From the IMG/VR virus record IMGVR_UViG_3300017971_003303, positions 1 through 62,886 of that record: a stretch of DNA of 62,886 nt; one strand, written 5' to 3'. Position 1 is the stretch's first letter. Every line of letters begins with the position of its first letter. The position numbers were made by a program, and so were the translations under genes. This document shows, in pieces, positions 48,520-59,013 of the stretch. This DNA is from a virus (Duplodnaviria; Caudoviricetes). The notes under the pieces were generated by a model. The model made no database searches. It saw only the letters and a list, made by a program, of their open reading frames with translations, and was not told the origin of the DNA.

Positions 48520-49182
48520 ATGTCACAAATACATGGTAGTGGTGCTGGAAATTTTAATAATACTGCAATTGTTGATAATAGTGTAGATTCATTACAACAA
48601 GGTAGATTGTGGGTAAGTAGTAGTGGTACTAGTAATCAAATTTATGACGGAAGTAATGGTCCTGCAATATTAGATGAAACAACTTATGCTATTGTTAGTA
48701 TACCATATGAACATTATGAAATTCATGAAGGTAATCATTACTTCACAAAAGGATGGACTAATTTAGCTACTTCTGGTGGAAGTATAAGTTTTGGATTTAC
48801 TACACCAAATACTACTAAGTGGGCACATATGAGATTTGATGTTTTTGCAGATAATGTTTGTGAGATGAATGAATACGAATTTGCTACTATATCTGGTGGT
48901 ACATCACAAACTATATATAATAACAATAGAAATTCAAATAACAATAGTGTATGTACTATTACACAAAATCCTAGCATAACTAGTAATGGTTCTTTATTTG
49001 GGAGTGCTAGATTTGGTGTAGCTGGAACTAATCCTACAAAACAAGGTATCACTGGTGGGTTAGGAAGAAATCAAGAAATAATTTTAAGGTCGGGAACAAC
49101 ATATTTATGGATATTTAAAGTTGGAGGTAATAATACAATTTTTAATTGGGATGCTGAATGGTATGAACATGTTAATAAATAA
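48520..49182 (+). CDS. Putative virion protein
   Basis: HYEIHEG motif, Ser/Gly/Asn-rich beta protein ending WYEH. Confidence 0.5.
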   Translation: MSQIHGSGAGNFNNTAIVDNSVDSLQQGRLWVSSSGTSNQIYDGSNGPAILDETTYAIVSIPYEHYEIHEGNHYFTKGWTNLATSGGSISFGFTTPNTTKWAHMRFDVFADNVCEMNEYEFATISGGTSQTIYNNNRNSNNNSVCTITQNPSITSNGSLFGSARFGVAGTNPTKQGITGGLGRNQEIILRSGTTYLWIFKVGGNNTIFNWDAEWYEHVNK

Positions 49183-49183
49183 A

Positions 49184-50466
49184 ATGGCAATACAAAGATA
49201 TAATCCAGGACCAATAAGAAAAGTTTATAAGAATTTGTATTATGATTCAGACTTAAGAAAATATTTTTTTATAGATAAAAACAATAGGAGGGAGGTAGTA
49301 AATCAAGAAGCTTATTTATTAATATATATTATTGAGTTATTACAAAAAAAAATAAAACTATGAAAGAAAGACCAATTTGTGCTAACAAAAATTGTAATAA
49401 GCCAGCGTTAGTTATGATGGCTGATAACTACTATTGTGGTGATTGTATAGCTAAATGGCATAGGAAGAAAGTTGAAATGCTACAAAAAGAATTGGAGGAT
49501 TTAAATGGTGACTAGAATTTGTCCCAAGTGTAATCAAAGATATATTGTTAGTGAAGGTACTGGAGAGATTGATTTTGTTCATGAATGTAATAGTGGTATT
49601 GATGCAGTAGACCAAGAAGATGTTTTGGTTGTTGGTGGATGGGAAGATTATACTGGAAGTTCTACAGATATAAAAAATGTAAACTATCAAGGTAGTGAAA
49701 ATAAATTGTTTGGAACAAGAGCTGATATTGAAGGCGAGGACTTAGAGGATTTGAGTGAAAGAGGCAAAAGTAAGAGTACTCATAGACAAAGACAACATGA
49801 GGAATATATTAAATTGAAAGGAGGTAGTAATTAATATGAGAAAGTTAGACATAATGAATAATATGGAACCAGTTGCGCCTGGTGAATTTTGTAATTGGCA
49901 AGTTATTGGTGGAAAAGTTAAAAGAGTTAAAGATGCTGGAATGGAAATTGTAGATGGTGAAATTAAAGTGAGAGGTCCAGTTGTTGAAAATGCAATTAAA
50001 GAAGTTAATGTAGTTGAGGAGAAAATTGATGTGAAAATTAAGAAGAAGGAGGATAGGAAAGTTGGAAGGAAAAGAAATCCAAAAAATAAGAGAAGGAGTT
50101 AAGGTCACTGTAGAAGATAAAAAGGATAAGAGAGTTAAAGAATTAAATTTTATTTTAAATACATCTCAATCTGGTTATGCTTCATATATCACAAATAATA
50201 TAAATGGAGAATTAGATACATTAATTTTGAATTGTCATGGTAAAGTGAGTATTTCTATAACTTTGAATAAATACCCTAATGTAATATTATTTAAACATGT
50301 TAGTTTAGAGGGGATACATTTTATACCTATTAGATTAAGTGCAATAAGTCCAGACTATAAAGTATTTAATTATTCACAAGAAAAGTGGTGTTTAAATGAT
50401 AAACTGAAATGTGAAATTAAAGGACAAAAGAATAGTCAAGTTGATTTTATTGTGAGGTATACATAA
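49184..50466 (+). other. Run of small ORFs (49184-49363, 49360-~49515 Zn-finger, 49505-49834 Zn-ribbon, 49836-50102, 50062-50466)
   Basis: Coupled ORFs; 50062-50466 loosely resembles 58182-58622. Confidence 0.5.
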
Positions 50467-50768
50467 TGGGAGATGCAATAGTTAGTGGAAGCGGAACTCA
50501 ACATGTATTAGTTGTTGATGAAGAAGGTAGTGGTAGAGTTAATAATACTGTACTTCTTACACAAGCTATAGCTGTGAATGCTAGTAATTTATCGGAATAT
50601 ATTGGTTGGACATATGCTGGTAGTGGTACTGCAACTAGTAGTGCTATTTGGAGAATACAGAAAATAGGATATGATTCAAATAGTATGGTATCTGGAATTG
50701 GTTGGGCAGATGGTTCAATAGAATTTAATAAAGTTTGGGCTAATAGAGCTACATATACATATGGTTAA
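50466..50768 (+). CDS. Putative virion protein
   Basis: YIGW...WRIQKI...WADG...F..VW.NRATYTY pattern seen in tailed-virus structural regions. Confidence 0.5.
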   Translation: MGDAIVSGSGTQHVLVVDEEGSGRVNNTVLLTQAIAVNASNLSEYIGWTYAGSGTATSSAIWRIQKIGYDSNSMVSGIGWADGSIEFNKVWANRATYTYG

Positions 50769-52254
50769 AATGGTAAACAAAAAATTAATTATGCCAGTAA
50801 TTTTTTTATTATTAATTGGAGTTGTGACTGCATATCAATTTAAAACTACTTATAATCCATTTACAGGAAGATTAGATTATCATGTTACAGAAAATTTTTC
50901 TGGATATAATGTTAGTGGAGATTATATTTTTGGTAATGGTAGTATGTTAACAAGCTTGACAGGTGGTGGAGATATTTTAGGTATAAATACTAATGGACCT
51001 TACTTAACTGGTGGTTGTGGTTCTGGTACCTGTAGTTTATTGGTAAATACAACAGTTCTAAATACTACAATTAATAGCTTTGCTAATACTAGTTGGAATC
51101 AAACTAAAGCAAATGCTCTTTATGCAGGAATAGAATGGGACTACAATCAGACTACTGCAACATATAACTTGTATAATATTATTTGGAGTGCTACTTATAA
51201 TTTAACTTATCATAATAAGGTCACTGATAATGAGTCTTGGAATCAAAGTCAAGGTGATTTATTGTATGCAGGTATTGAGTGGGATTATAATCAAACATTA
51301 GCTACCTACAATACATGGAATGATATATGGATAGCTACTTATAACTCTACATACCATAATAAAGTCACAGATAACGAAAGTTGGAATGAGAGTTATGCAG
51401 ATACTCTGTACGCACCAATAGCCACTGGTAATGATAGTTGGAATCAATCTTTAGCTGATACATTATATGCAGATATAAGTGTTACTGGTGATAATGCTTC
51501 TTGGAATGAGTCCTATGGTGATACTTTATATGCACCTATTGGTTCTGGTAATGCTTCTTGGAATCAAAGTTTAGGAGATAGTATTTATGTTCAAAACTCT
51601 GATTTACCACTTGCTAATAAGACAAAACCTTATTGTGGTAATATAACAGGTAATGCATCTGATTTATGTACTCTAACTGATACAACATATACTGCAGGAA
51701 GTAATTTAACATTAAATAGTACTACATTTGATATTCATAAATCTAGTTTTGTTAAGTATCTAAAGACATTTTTTATTGAATTAACTGATAATTTGGACTG
51801 GGGTAATTTGATTAATAAACCTGTTAATCTAGATGAAAACTCTACAAATGATTTGGAAGATTCTGATTTACCATTAGCAAATAGAACAACACCTTATTGT
51901 GGTAATATTACTGGAGCTACTAGTGATTTATGTACTTTAACTGATACAAATACTAATTGTACTAATAAAGGTGGATGTGTTAATGTTAGTTATCTTAATT
52001 ATAGTAATGGAGGTAATTTTAATATCACAGGTAATTTTACTGGTAATGAATTTAGGAATTTATCTGGTAGTATTGAATGGATTACACCTTCACATATATT
52101 TGATGTTGATGATGCAGATATTGAAACAGATTTAAATACATATGTTGATATTGCAGGTGATACAATGACAGGCAATTTAAATGTTAGTGTACATAATGTT
52201 ACTACTGTGAATTGTATTGTATTTCACTCAGGAGGAAAAATATGTACTGCTTAA
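50761..52254 (+). CDS. Signal-peptide-bearing fibre-like repeat glycoprotein
   Basis: KKLIMPVIFLLLIGVVTA signal; six NxSWNxS/T..D.LY repeats; GDTMTGNL fibre motif; ~37 sequons. Confidence 0.7.
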   Translation: MVKMVNKKLIMPVIFLLLIGVVTAYQFKTTYNPFTGRLDYHVTENFSGYNVSGDYIFGNGSMLTSLTGGGDILGINTNGPYLTGGCGSGTCSLLVNTTVLNTTINSFANTSWNQTKANALYAGIEWDYNQTTATYNLYNIIWSATYNLTYHNKVTDNESWNQSQGDLLYAGIEWDYNQTLATYNTWNDIWIATYNSTYHNKVTDNESWNESYADTLYAPIATGNDSWNQSLADTLYADISVTGDNASWNESYGDTLYAPIGSGNASWNQSLGDSIYVQNSDLPLANKTKPYCGNITGNASDLCTLTDTTYTAGSNLTLNSTTFDIHKSSFVKYLKTFFIELTDNLDWGNLINKPVNLDENSTNDLEDSDLPLANRTTPYCGNITGATSDLCTLTDTNTNCTNKGGCVNVSYLNYSNGGNFNITGNFTGNEFRNLSGSIEWITPSHIFDVDDADIETDLNTYVDIAGDTMTGNLNVSVHNVTTVNCIVFHSGGKICTA

Positions 52255-53489
52255 AAAGTTTTATATTGATATCTATAAGTATAATATTATTGACTACATT
52301 TATTAATGCATCACAATCAACTTTATTTTATGATGATGCAGAATGGTCTGCAGATGGTGATTGTGCACAAGGAAGTCCTGGGGCATGGGATTTTTGTGGT
52401 GTTAATAGTGATGGACATATAGTTCGTTCCATATCTGAATTCAATGGTACATATTCTACAAGGGCATATGATTTTGATTCGGAGTATGTGGGTTTATATG
52501 AATCTATTGATTTGTCTAATTGTAATTTTATTTTAGTTGATTTTTATCATGTACAAGATGCTACAGAAACAGGTGATTATTTAGCTTTAAAAATTTATGA
52601 TAGTTCATGGAAAGAGGTACATACATTCTTTGATTTTTGGGGTAAAGGTGATTCAACTCCTTCATCTGAGGATTATGTTAGACAACAGATTTATATTTCA
52701 AGTAGTGATTATACATTTAATTCTTCTAATAGAATTGGTTTAGGATATTCTTGTACTGGTTCCTCAGACTTGATATTTATTGATGATGTTTCAATATATT
52801 GTTTCAATGATACTAATAAATCAACTACTACTAGATTCGCATCAAATACTGGTAGTCTACATAATGATTTTGCAAATCCTAGTTACGCTTATGCTAATGA
52901 TAATACATATGCACAATTTGATTGGTATGAATCACAAGATTATTATAATTTTTCTTTAGGTATACCTTCTGGACAAACCATAGATGGTATTGAAATTTTA
53001 CTTGAACATGATGCAGGTGGTGATTCTTCTGCTGAAGTTTCGTTAACATGGGATGGTGGTGACAGTTATACATCCAATAAGACATTCTCACCAACAACAA
53101 TAGCTACAAATTCTAGACTTGGGAATAGAACAGATACATGGGGACATACATGGACAGGTGATGAATTGAATGATACTAATTTTAAGGTTATTATTGCAGG
53201 TACAGACTCTGATGATATTTATTTGTATAGTATTAAGGCAACTGTTTTTTATCATGCAACAACACCAGTTAGTGATACTTGTGATTGTCCTGATGTAAAT
53301 AATAATTGGAATATTAATATGTCAGATAATTGTGTAATAAGTTCGGATTGTAATTTAGGTACAGGAAAGTTAAATTTTTCAGGTTCAGGTACTTTCACTA
53401 TTAATGCTACAATAAATTCTACTTCATTTGATATATATATAGGTCAAACAGTATATGTTAAGAAGGATGGTACATTATATGTTTCATAA
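52242..53489 (+). CDS. Secreted beta-sandwich (carbohydrate-binding-like) protein
   Basis: Signal peptide KSFILISISIILLTTFINA; IPSGQTIDGIEI...G...DTWG.TWT..ELN..NF domain; Cys-rich C-terminus. Confidence 0.6.
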   Translation: MYCLKSFILISISIILLTTFINASQSTLFYDDAEWSADGDCAQGSPGAWDFCGVNSDGHIVRSISEFNGTYSTRAYDFDSEYVGLYESIDLSNCNFILVDFYHVQDATETGDYLALKIYDSSWKEVHTFFDFWGKGDSTPSSEDYVRQQIYISSSDYTFNSSNRIGLGYSCTGSSDLIFIDDVSIYCFNDTNKSTTTRFASNTGSLHNDFANPSYAYANDNTYAQFDWYESQDYYNFSLGIPSGQTIDGIEILLEHDAGGDSSAEVSLTWDGGDSYTSNKTFSPTTIATNSRLGNRTDTWGHTWTGDELNDTNFKVIIAGTDSDDIYLYSIKATVFYHATTPVSDTCDCPDVNNNWNINMSDNCVISSDCNLGTGKLNFSGSGTFTINATINSTSFDIYIGQTVYVKKDGTLYVS

Positions 53490-53513
53490 AATAATTAAAG
53501 GAGGTAAGTATAA

Positions 53514-53876
53514 ATGGTGAATCAAGCTATCAAAATTAGTAGTGGTATTTTTGTAGCATTAGCTTTGATAATGAGTGGAGCATATATAATAAGTGATGTA
53601 GAGAATACATATTATTGTGAATCAAGAGATTTAGTAGGTTTATGTGACAGAACAACAGCTACAAGATGTTATTTTAATAATACATATAAAGTGTGTTCAG
53701 AAGGATGGAAACCCATAACTGATTATGTAGAAATACAAGATAATGGTGACTACTTTATTGGTGTATATGCTAATGGTGAAGTTTATAGTTGTTTGGTTAC
53801 AGATAATTCAATTAACTCATATTCAAAGTGTACTTCTCAAAGTAATAAGGAAGCTTATTTAGGTGAATTACTTTAA
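53514..53876 (+). CDS. Membrane-anchored Cys-rich protein
   Basis: N-terminal TM; YYCESR...C...TRCY...C..GW. Confidence 0.6.
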   Translation: MVNQAIKISSGIFVALALIMSGAYIISDVENTYYCESRDLVGLCDRTTATRCYFNNTYKVCSEGWKPITDYVEIQDNGDYFIGVYANGEVYSCLVTDNSINSYSKCTSQSNKEAYLGELL

Positions 53877-53900
53877 GTATAAATTTTAATAAGTAGAAAA

Positions 53901-54452
53901 ATGATAAAAAGTATTATAACTTCAAAAACAAGAGATTATTATAGTATGTTACAACATACAATTAATGAACTTGACAAAGATAAATTAGATATTGTAGGGA
54001 ATATTTTATATAAAGCGAAGTTAGAAGGGAGTAGTATTTTTTTAATGGGCAACGGTGGTAGTGCTTCTACTTGTAATCATATGTGTAATGATTTTATGAA
54101 GATTAGTGGTTTGAAAGTATTTTCATTAGTAAATGTTCCTGTAATTACAGCTTACGCTAATGACATAAGTTATGACAGTATTTTTGTTGAACAATTAAAA
54201 ACGGTATTGTCTCCTAGAGATATTGTAATTGGTATTTCTGGTAGTGGTAATAGCGTTAATGTTTTAGAAGGATTACGTTATGCAAATACACATGGAGGGA
54301 TTACAATAGGATTATTAGGATTTGATGGTGGTAAGGCTAAAGATATTGCTAAATACGTTGTTTTAGTTAAATCAAAGGACTATGGAATTATCGAAGATTT
54401 ACATTTAAGTTTTGGACATTATCTTTCTAAAAAAATACTTGATAAAAAATAA
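53901..54452 (+). CDS. gmhA: Sedoheptulose-7-phosphate isomerase (SIS domain)
   Basis: GNGGSA..CNH, ITAYAND..Y..IF..Q, ISGSGNS.NV, GFDGG, EDLH...H. Confidence 0.92.
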   Translation: MIKSIITSKTRDYYSMLQHTINELDKDKLDIVGNILYKAKLEGSSIFLMGNGGSASTCNHMCNDFMKISGLKVFSLVNVPVITAYANDISYDSIFVEQLKTVLSPRDIVIGISGSGNSVNVLEGLRYANTHGGITIGLLGFDGGKAKDIAKYVVLVKSKDYGIIEDLHLSFGHYLSKKILDKK

Positions 54453-54478
54453 TTATATAATTTAAAACTAATGATTTA
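54450..54478 (+). promoter_or_regulatory. 29-bp late-promoter motif, copy 2
   Basis: Identical to 46491-46519. Confidence 0.8.
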
Positions 54479-54516
54479 AAAATAATTTGTGATTTATATA
54501 ATTGGAGAATATAAGA

Positions 54517-55668
54517 ATGCCGGCTAAATTTGATAGAATGGTTGATAAAATTTGGAAGTCTATTTCTGGGAAGAAGAATCCTAAGTCTAATAAAATGTTT
54601 ACAAAATCTGATGCCTATGCTATGGCAACTGCACAATGGAAGAAAATGCATGGAGGAAAAACACCAGAAAGTGTTAAGGATTGGAGATTATTAGAATTTT
54701 ATATGCCTATTAATGAGGCAGTCAGGACTGGAAATGATTTTGTAATTAGAGGTGTAGCTATAAATGAAACTACTACTAGAAATAATGTTAAATATATTGC
54801 ATCAGAATTAGAAAAAGCAGCTCCTAGTTTTAGGAATAAACCGATGCTTATAGACCATGATAATTCTGTAAAAAGTATTGTTGGTAGAACAACAGAAAAT
54901 GTTGTATTTAATCCTGAGAAAAATCATATTGAGTTTGAAGGAAAAGTTATGGACGAAAAATTAAGGGAAATGATTAATGATGGTAGAGTTACTGATGTTA
55001 GTATTGGTGCGAGAGTAAGTGATTTAGTTGAAAATAAAGATGAAGGCAGTGTAACTGCGATTGGTATTGAAGGATTAGAAATTAGTTTTGTTGCTGTACC
55101 TGGAGACCCAGGAGCTAATTTAGGACAAGCTTTGGAACATAGTTTTATATTAAAAGAGGGGATGGAAAATGTTAATTATTTTGAAGATTATGAATTGGAT
55201 ACTGAATTAAATTTGAAAGGAGGTAATGAAATGGTTGAAGAGGAGAAAAAACCTGTTCAGGAAGAAGAAACTGTTAAGGAACCTGAAAATAATGAACCTG
55301 AGGAAAATGCTGCTGAGGAAAAACTTAAAGCTATGGAAAAAGTTTTAGCTGAAAAAGAAAAGAAATTAGCTGAATATCAGAAAAAAGAGTCTGATGCTAA
55401 GGAAAAGGCTAGAATTGATAAAATGGTTGAAGAAAAAATAGCAGAGAAAATGAAAGAAATGACCCCTCCAAAGCTTGTTAAGGAGCAAGAAGAGGAACAA
55501 GAGAAACCAGAACCAGAGGACGAAACTAAAGGTACTGTCGGTGGTGAAGAGACTGAGGATGTTGAAACAGAAAGTCTAGTTATAGAAAAAGCTGATACAG
55601 GAAAAGGTTTCCAAATTTGGAGAGATTACTCAAAAGATACAGGTAAATTTAAAAGGTTATCACGTTAA
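54517..55668 (+). CDS. Prohead protease plus scaffold
   Basis: GVAI...RN..Y, LIDH, VSIG, EISFVAVPGDP; acidic coiled-coil C-terminus. Confidence 0.88.
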   Translation: MPAKFDRMVDKIWKSISGKKNPKSNKMFTKSDAYAMATAQWKKMHGGKTPESVKDWRLLEFYMPINEAVRTGNDFVIRGVAINETTTRNNVKYIASELEKAAPSFRNKPMLIDHDNSVKSIVGRTTENVVFNPEKNHIEFEGKVMDEKLREMINDGRVTDVSIGARVSDLVENKDEGSVTAIGIEGLEISFVAVPGDPGANLGQALEHSFILKEGMENVNYFEDYELDTELNLKGGNEMVEEEKKPVQEEETVKEPENNEPEENAAEEKLKAMEKVLAEKEKKLAEYQKKESDAKEKARIDKMVEEKIAEKMKEMTPPKLVKEQEEEQEKPEPEDETKGTVGGEETEDVETESLVIEKADTGKGFQIWRDYSKDTGKFKRLSR

Positions 55669-55702
55669 ACTTTAATTTATTTGAAAGGAGGTTAAAAAGA
55701 CA

Positions 55703-56146
55703 ATGGCAGTAAATCCATACGGATATGTAAATCTTACTGATGGTGGCGCACCTAGAATTATAACTGGGTACGCTAAGGAAGTTATATCTGGTGGTCAGTT
55801 AGTTGGGGCATCTGGCGCCGCTGGTGTAGTAAGTAGTGGTGCTGATAGTTTCGCTGCAACTGATATTGAGTTTTTTCATACTACTGGTAGTGGAAATTTT
55901 GTGGGTGTTGCTTTGCATGATGTTACTAGTGGTGCAGCTGTAAGTGTAGCTACAAGAGGTATGTTTATACTAGAGGTTAGTGGAGTTAATATTTTAGCTG
56001 GAAATCATGTTGGATGTAATAATGCAGATGAAGTAATTTTTTGCGGAAGTGCAGCTTTGGGATATTCAGCAGCTATTAATAAAATTGGTAGAGCATTAAC
56101 TTGTGGTAGTGAAGCTAATTATGTTGTTGTTGATATTCAAGGATAA
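55703..56146 (+). CDS. Capsid decoration/cement protein
   Basis: GVALHD..SG..VSVATRG, IGRAL; between protease and MCP. Confidence 0.7.
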   Translation: MAVNPYGYVNLTDGGAPRIITGYAKEVISGGQLVGASGAAGVVSSGADSFAATDIEFFHTTGSGNFVGVALHDVTSGAAVSVATRGMFILEVSGVNILAGNHVGCNNADEVIFCGSAALGYSAAINKIGRALTCGSEANYVVVDIQG

Positions 56147-56148
56147 TA

Positions 56149-57015
56149 ATGGCACAGGAACTTAAATATGTAAAAGAATTATTACAAACAGATATAGGTA
56201 CTGAAGGTCAATTGCTTATTCCTAGAAAAATTCACGACACATTAATTGAGGAAGTTGATAAAAACTTAATACCAAGAAGTGAAGCTGCAATTTACCTAGG
56301 TCCAGGAGATGTACCTGGAAGTAGTGTTGATTTTGATTTAGCAACACCTGATACTATGGATGTTAGAGTTGTTGGCGAAGGTGCTGAGTCACCAATAGAC
56401 CAAGCAATTTATACATCTTCAAATTTTAAGCCAGTTAAATATGGTGTAGGTATTAGAATTACTAAAGAAATGTTAGAAGATGGCAAGTGGAATCTTTTAC
56501 AACACAATATAAGGCTTGCAGGGAAAAGGTTTGCTGAGAATGAGACAAACTTAATATTAGCAAATGCATTGGACCAAGCTAATAGTACTGTTACTGGAGG
56601 GGCAGCTATTACAATAGCTAATATCACAAGAGCTATGCAATATTTAGAAGATTCAGACTATACACCTACAACTTTGTTTGTAGGTATGGAAGTTTTGAAT
56701 GACTTAAGAAATATTGATACTTTTGTTGAAGCTAATAAAGTTGGAAATAGAGACATGTTAGAAAGAGGATTTTTAGGAACAATGTACGGACTAAATGTTT
56801 TAAAATTTTCAACAAATGCAGCTCCGTCAACTACATATAGTAAGTATGCGTATGTTACAGACAAAACACAAGCTTACGCTATAGTTGAGAAAAGACCAGT
56901 TACAGTATCTAACTTTGATTTACCAGTTTATGATATGAGTGCAGCTAACATCACACAAAGAATAGTTGTTGGTGAACTCAGAACAAAAGCTATCTGTAAA
57001 ATAACAACTAGTTAA
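56149..57015 (+). CDS. Major capsid protein (HK97 fold)
   Basis: LIP..I...LIE, VGEGAE.P, KYG..IRITKEMLED, G.MYGL.V; followed by a T-tract. Confidence 0.92.
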   Translation: MAQELKYVKELLQTDIGTEGQLLIPRKIHDTLIEEVDKNLIPRSEAAIYLGPGDVPGSSVDFDLATPDTMDVRVVGEGAESPIDQAIYTSSNFKPVKYGVGIRITKEMLEDGKWNLLQHNIRLAGKRFAENETNLILANALDQANSTVTGGAAITIANITRAMQYLEDSDYTPTTLFVGMEVLNDLRNIDTFVEANKVGNRDMLERGFLGTMYGLNVLKFSTNAAPSTTYSKYAYVTDKTQAYAIVEKRPVTVSNFDLPVYDMSAANITQRIVVGELRTKAICKITTS

Positions 57016-57044
57016 TTTTTTATTTTTTTAATTTTTTATTTTTT
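57016..57044 (+). terminator. Oligo-T terminator
   Basis: Repeated T5-T7 tracts after the MCP stop. Confidence 0.65.
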
Positions 57045-57109
57045 ACTAGTTGAAAACAAAAAACTTATAATTAATATAAGGAGGAAAAACAATAAAAGCA
57101 AAAAATAAA

Positions 57110-57706
57110 ATGGCAAGTATGAGAGATGGACTTGGAGGTGAAGAGATATCTCCTAGCGGAGTCGAACTTAGTGGTACTAATGCAACATATGTGCATCCCT
57201 ATTTTTTGGGTAGTGTTACATCTGAGGACCAAATAAGTGGAGCAAATGTATATTCAGATGGAGTAGTACATGGTGAAAATGTTTATGGTGATACTACAGT
57301 TAGTGGAGCCACAGTAAAAGGTACAACAATAAGTGGTACATCAATTAAGTGTACAACATTAAGTGGTACAAACTTTGTTAATAATGAAGGTGAAGTGCAA
57401 TCTACGTTACTTGGTTCTGCTGCGTCATTAGTTTATGGTGCAAAAGTTCAAGCTGGTAGTTTAACTTTAGGTACATCTGCTGGTTCAGCATGGGCTAATT
57501 TTGGTGTAGCATTCACAAATCCACCAATTGTTGTAGCTGGATTAGGTTCTGGAGTTATATCTAGAGCAGCAGCAGGAGCTGGTTCTGCATTAATCTATGT
57601 AAATGATATAAGTGCTGGTAGTGCGCATATCATATGTGAAATAGGTTCAGGAGCAGTAGGTTTCACTGATGGTCCAGTATTAAATTGGATAGCAGTCGGT
57701 GTTTAA
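57110..57706 (+). CDS. Head fibre/decoration-like protein, paralog A
   Basis: SG-rich; VQAGS...FG.AFTNPP.VVA...LNWIAVG C-terminal domain. Confidence 0.6.
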   Translation: MASMRDGLGGEEISPSGVELSGTNATYVHPYFLGSVTSEDQISGANVYSDGVVHGENVYGDTTVSGATVKGTTISGTSIKCTTLSGTNFVNNEGEVQSTLLGSAASLVYGAKVQAGSLTLGTSAGSAWANFGVAFTNPPIVVAGLGSGVISRAAAGAGSALIYVNDISAGSAHIICEIGSGAVGFTDGPVLNWIAVGV

Positions 57707-57751
57707 AATGCTTAATATGTTTAAAAGGAGGTACAAGAAAAGGTAAATAAA

Positions 57752-58126
57752 ATGGCGGTTACAAGAGGATTACCAGATGCACAAGCACTTGGAGGCATAA
57801 AAGATGGCTTAGCAGGTGATAAAGTATGTGCTTTCTTAGGTAGTGAAGCATTAGTTAGTAATGCTGTTCAAGCTGGGAGTATTACATTGAGTACTACAGC
57901 AGGTTCAGGATGGGCTGTTTTTGGTAAACCATATACAAATGCACCAGTAGTAGTTGCATCGATTGGTTCAGGTGTAATAACAGGTGCAGCAGGTGCAGGT
58001 TCTGCATGGATTTGTGTTCAGAACATCAATACTGGAAGTGCAGAGATAATTTGTGGTATTGGTTCAGGAGCAGTAGGTTTCACTGATGGACCCGTTCTAA
58101 ATTGGGTTGCCTTTGGTACTTACTAA
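57752..58126 (+). CDS. Head fibre/decoration-like protein, paralog B
   Basis: C-terminal domain clearly homologous to 57110-57706. Confidence 0.6.
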   Translation: MAVTRGLPDAQALGGIKDGLAGDKVCAFLGSEALVSNAVQAGSITLSTTAGSGWAVFGKPYTNAPVVVASIGSGVITGAAGAGSAWICVQNINTGSAEIICGIGSGAVGFTDGPVLNWVAFGTY

Positions 58127-58181
58127 TTCTTTTAGTAACGCCAATCAGGCAAGTTCAAAAAATCCTTGAACGATAAGTAAA

Positions 58182-58622
58182 ATGGTACGAGATGGAAGGG
58201 TAAAATTTCATTACATTGCAGGTTCACCAGATTTATATGGTAATGCTACTACAGGAAAAGTAGATACATATACTAATACTGCACTTAATGGCAGAATTCA
58301 AAGTGTATACTATGAAGCAGGAAATTGGAATCCTGCTGGAAGTTTAATCATATCTATTTCAGGAACATCTGCCGGAGCTACGACTACAGAAGGTGTTGTA
58401 TTGAATATGACTAGTGGTGCTACTCCGGGACATCATTTAGGTGAAGATTGGATTCTTTTTCCAAGAGCAAGTACTGTAACTACAAATTCTACACCCATAA
58501 TCAATTATTCTGGTCCAAGTCCTGCTTATGCAGAAATACCAGTATACTCAATTTTAAGAGTTCAAGCTGGTGTAGTAGGAACTGGAAGTGCGGCTAGTGG
58601 TCTAACAATAGTTTATATTTGA
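58182..58622 (+). CDS. Putative virion protein
   Basis: Small beta-rich SG/TG protein in the head-neck region. Confidence 0.5.
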   Translation: MVRDGRVKFHYIAGSPDLYGNATTGKVDTYTNTALNGRIQSVYYEAGNWNPAGSLIISISGTSAGATTTEGVVLNMTSGATPGHHLGEDWILFPRASTVTTNSTPIINYSGPSPAYAEIPVYSILRVQAGVVGTGSAASGLTIVYI

Positions 58623-58632
58623 TTTATATAAA

Positions 58633-59013
58633 ATGGGAGACTTAAACAATGTTCAAATAGGTAGTGTAGTTTTAAATATGGTAGAGAATGTTCCATCATA
58701 TATTAGTGGAGCTACTCTATGGAATATTGTTGATAATGAAAGACTATTTGCAGAACAATTTACAGGGGAATCAATAGGGACAAGTATTAATGAAAAATAT
58801 CAACCTTCAATAATTAGTTTATCTATTGCAAGTGTGTTGAGAATGATGGAACTACAAGGCACTGATACTAGCAATATTAAACTAGGAGAGTTTAGTATAA
58901 GTAAAGGAGCAAATAGTTCAAGTATGAGTGTTAGTGATACAGTTAGAGAAGATGGTTTAGTTAAACTAAAAGCATTAGGTACTGATTATAGTTTTTATAA
59001 AGCACTAGGATAA
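58633..59013 (+). CDS. Head-tail adaptor (connector)
   Basis: FAEQFTG, IKLGEFSIS pattern; position after MCP. Confidence 0.65.
   Translation: MGDLNNVQIGSVVLNMVENVPSYISGATLWNIVDNERLFAEQFTGESIGTSINEKYQPSIISLSIASVLRMMELQGTDTSNIKLGEFSISKGANSSSMSVSDTVREDGLVKLKALGTDYSFYKALG

Noticed and set aside
51090-51950. Internal repeats as a diversity-generating retroelement template/variable pair
   Set aside because: No reverse transcriptase in the genome; differences look mostly synonymous rather than adenine-specific
58139-58172. Two small hairpins (GCC-AATCA-GGC; GTTCAA-AAAATCC-TTGAAC) before 58182
   Set aside because: Short stems, single occurrence; cannot be distinguished from chance or a weak terminator
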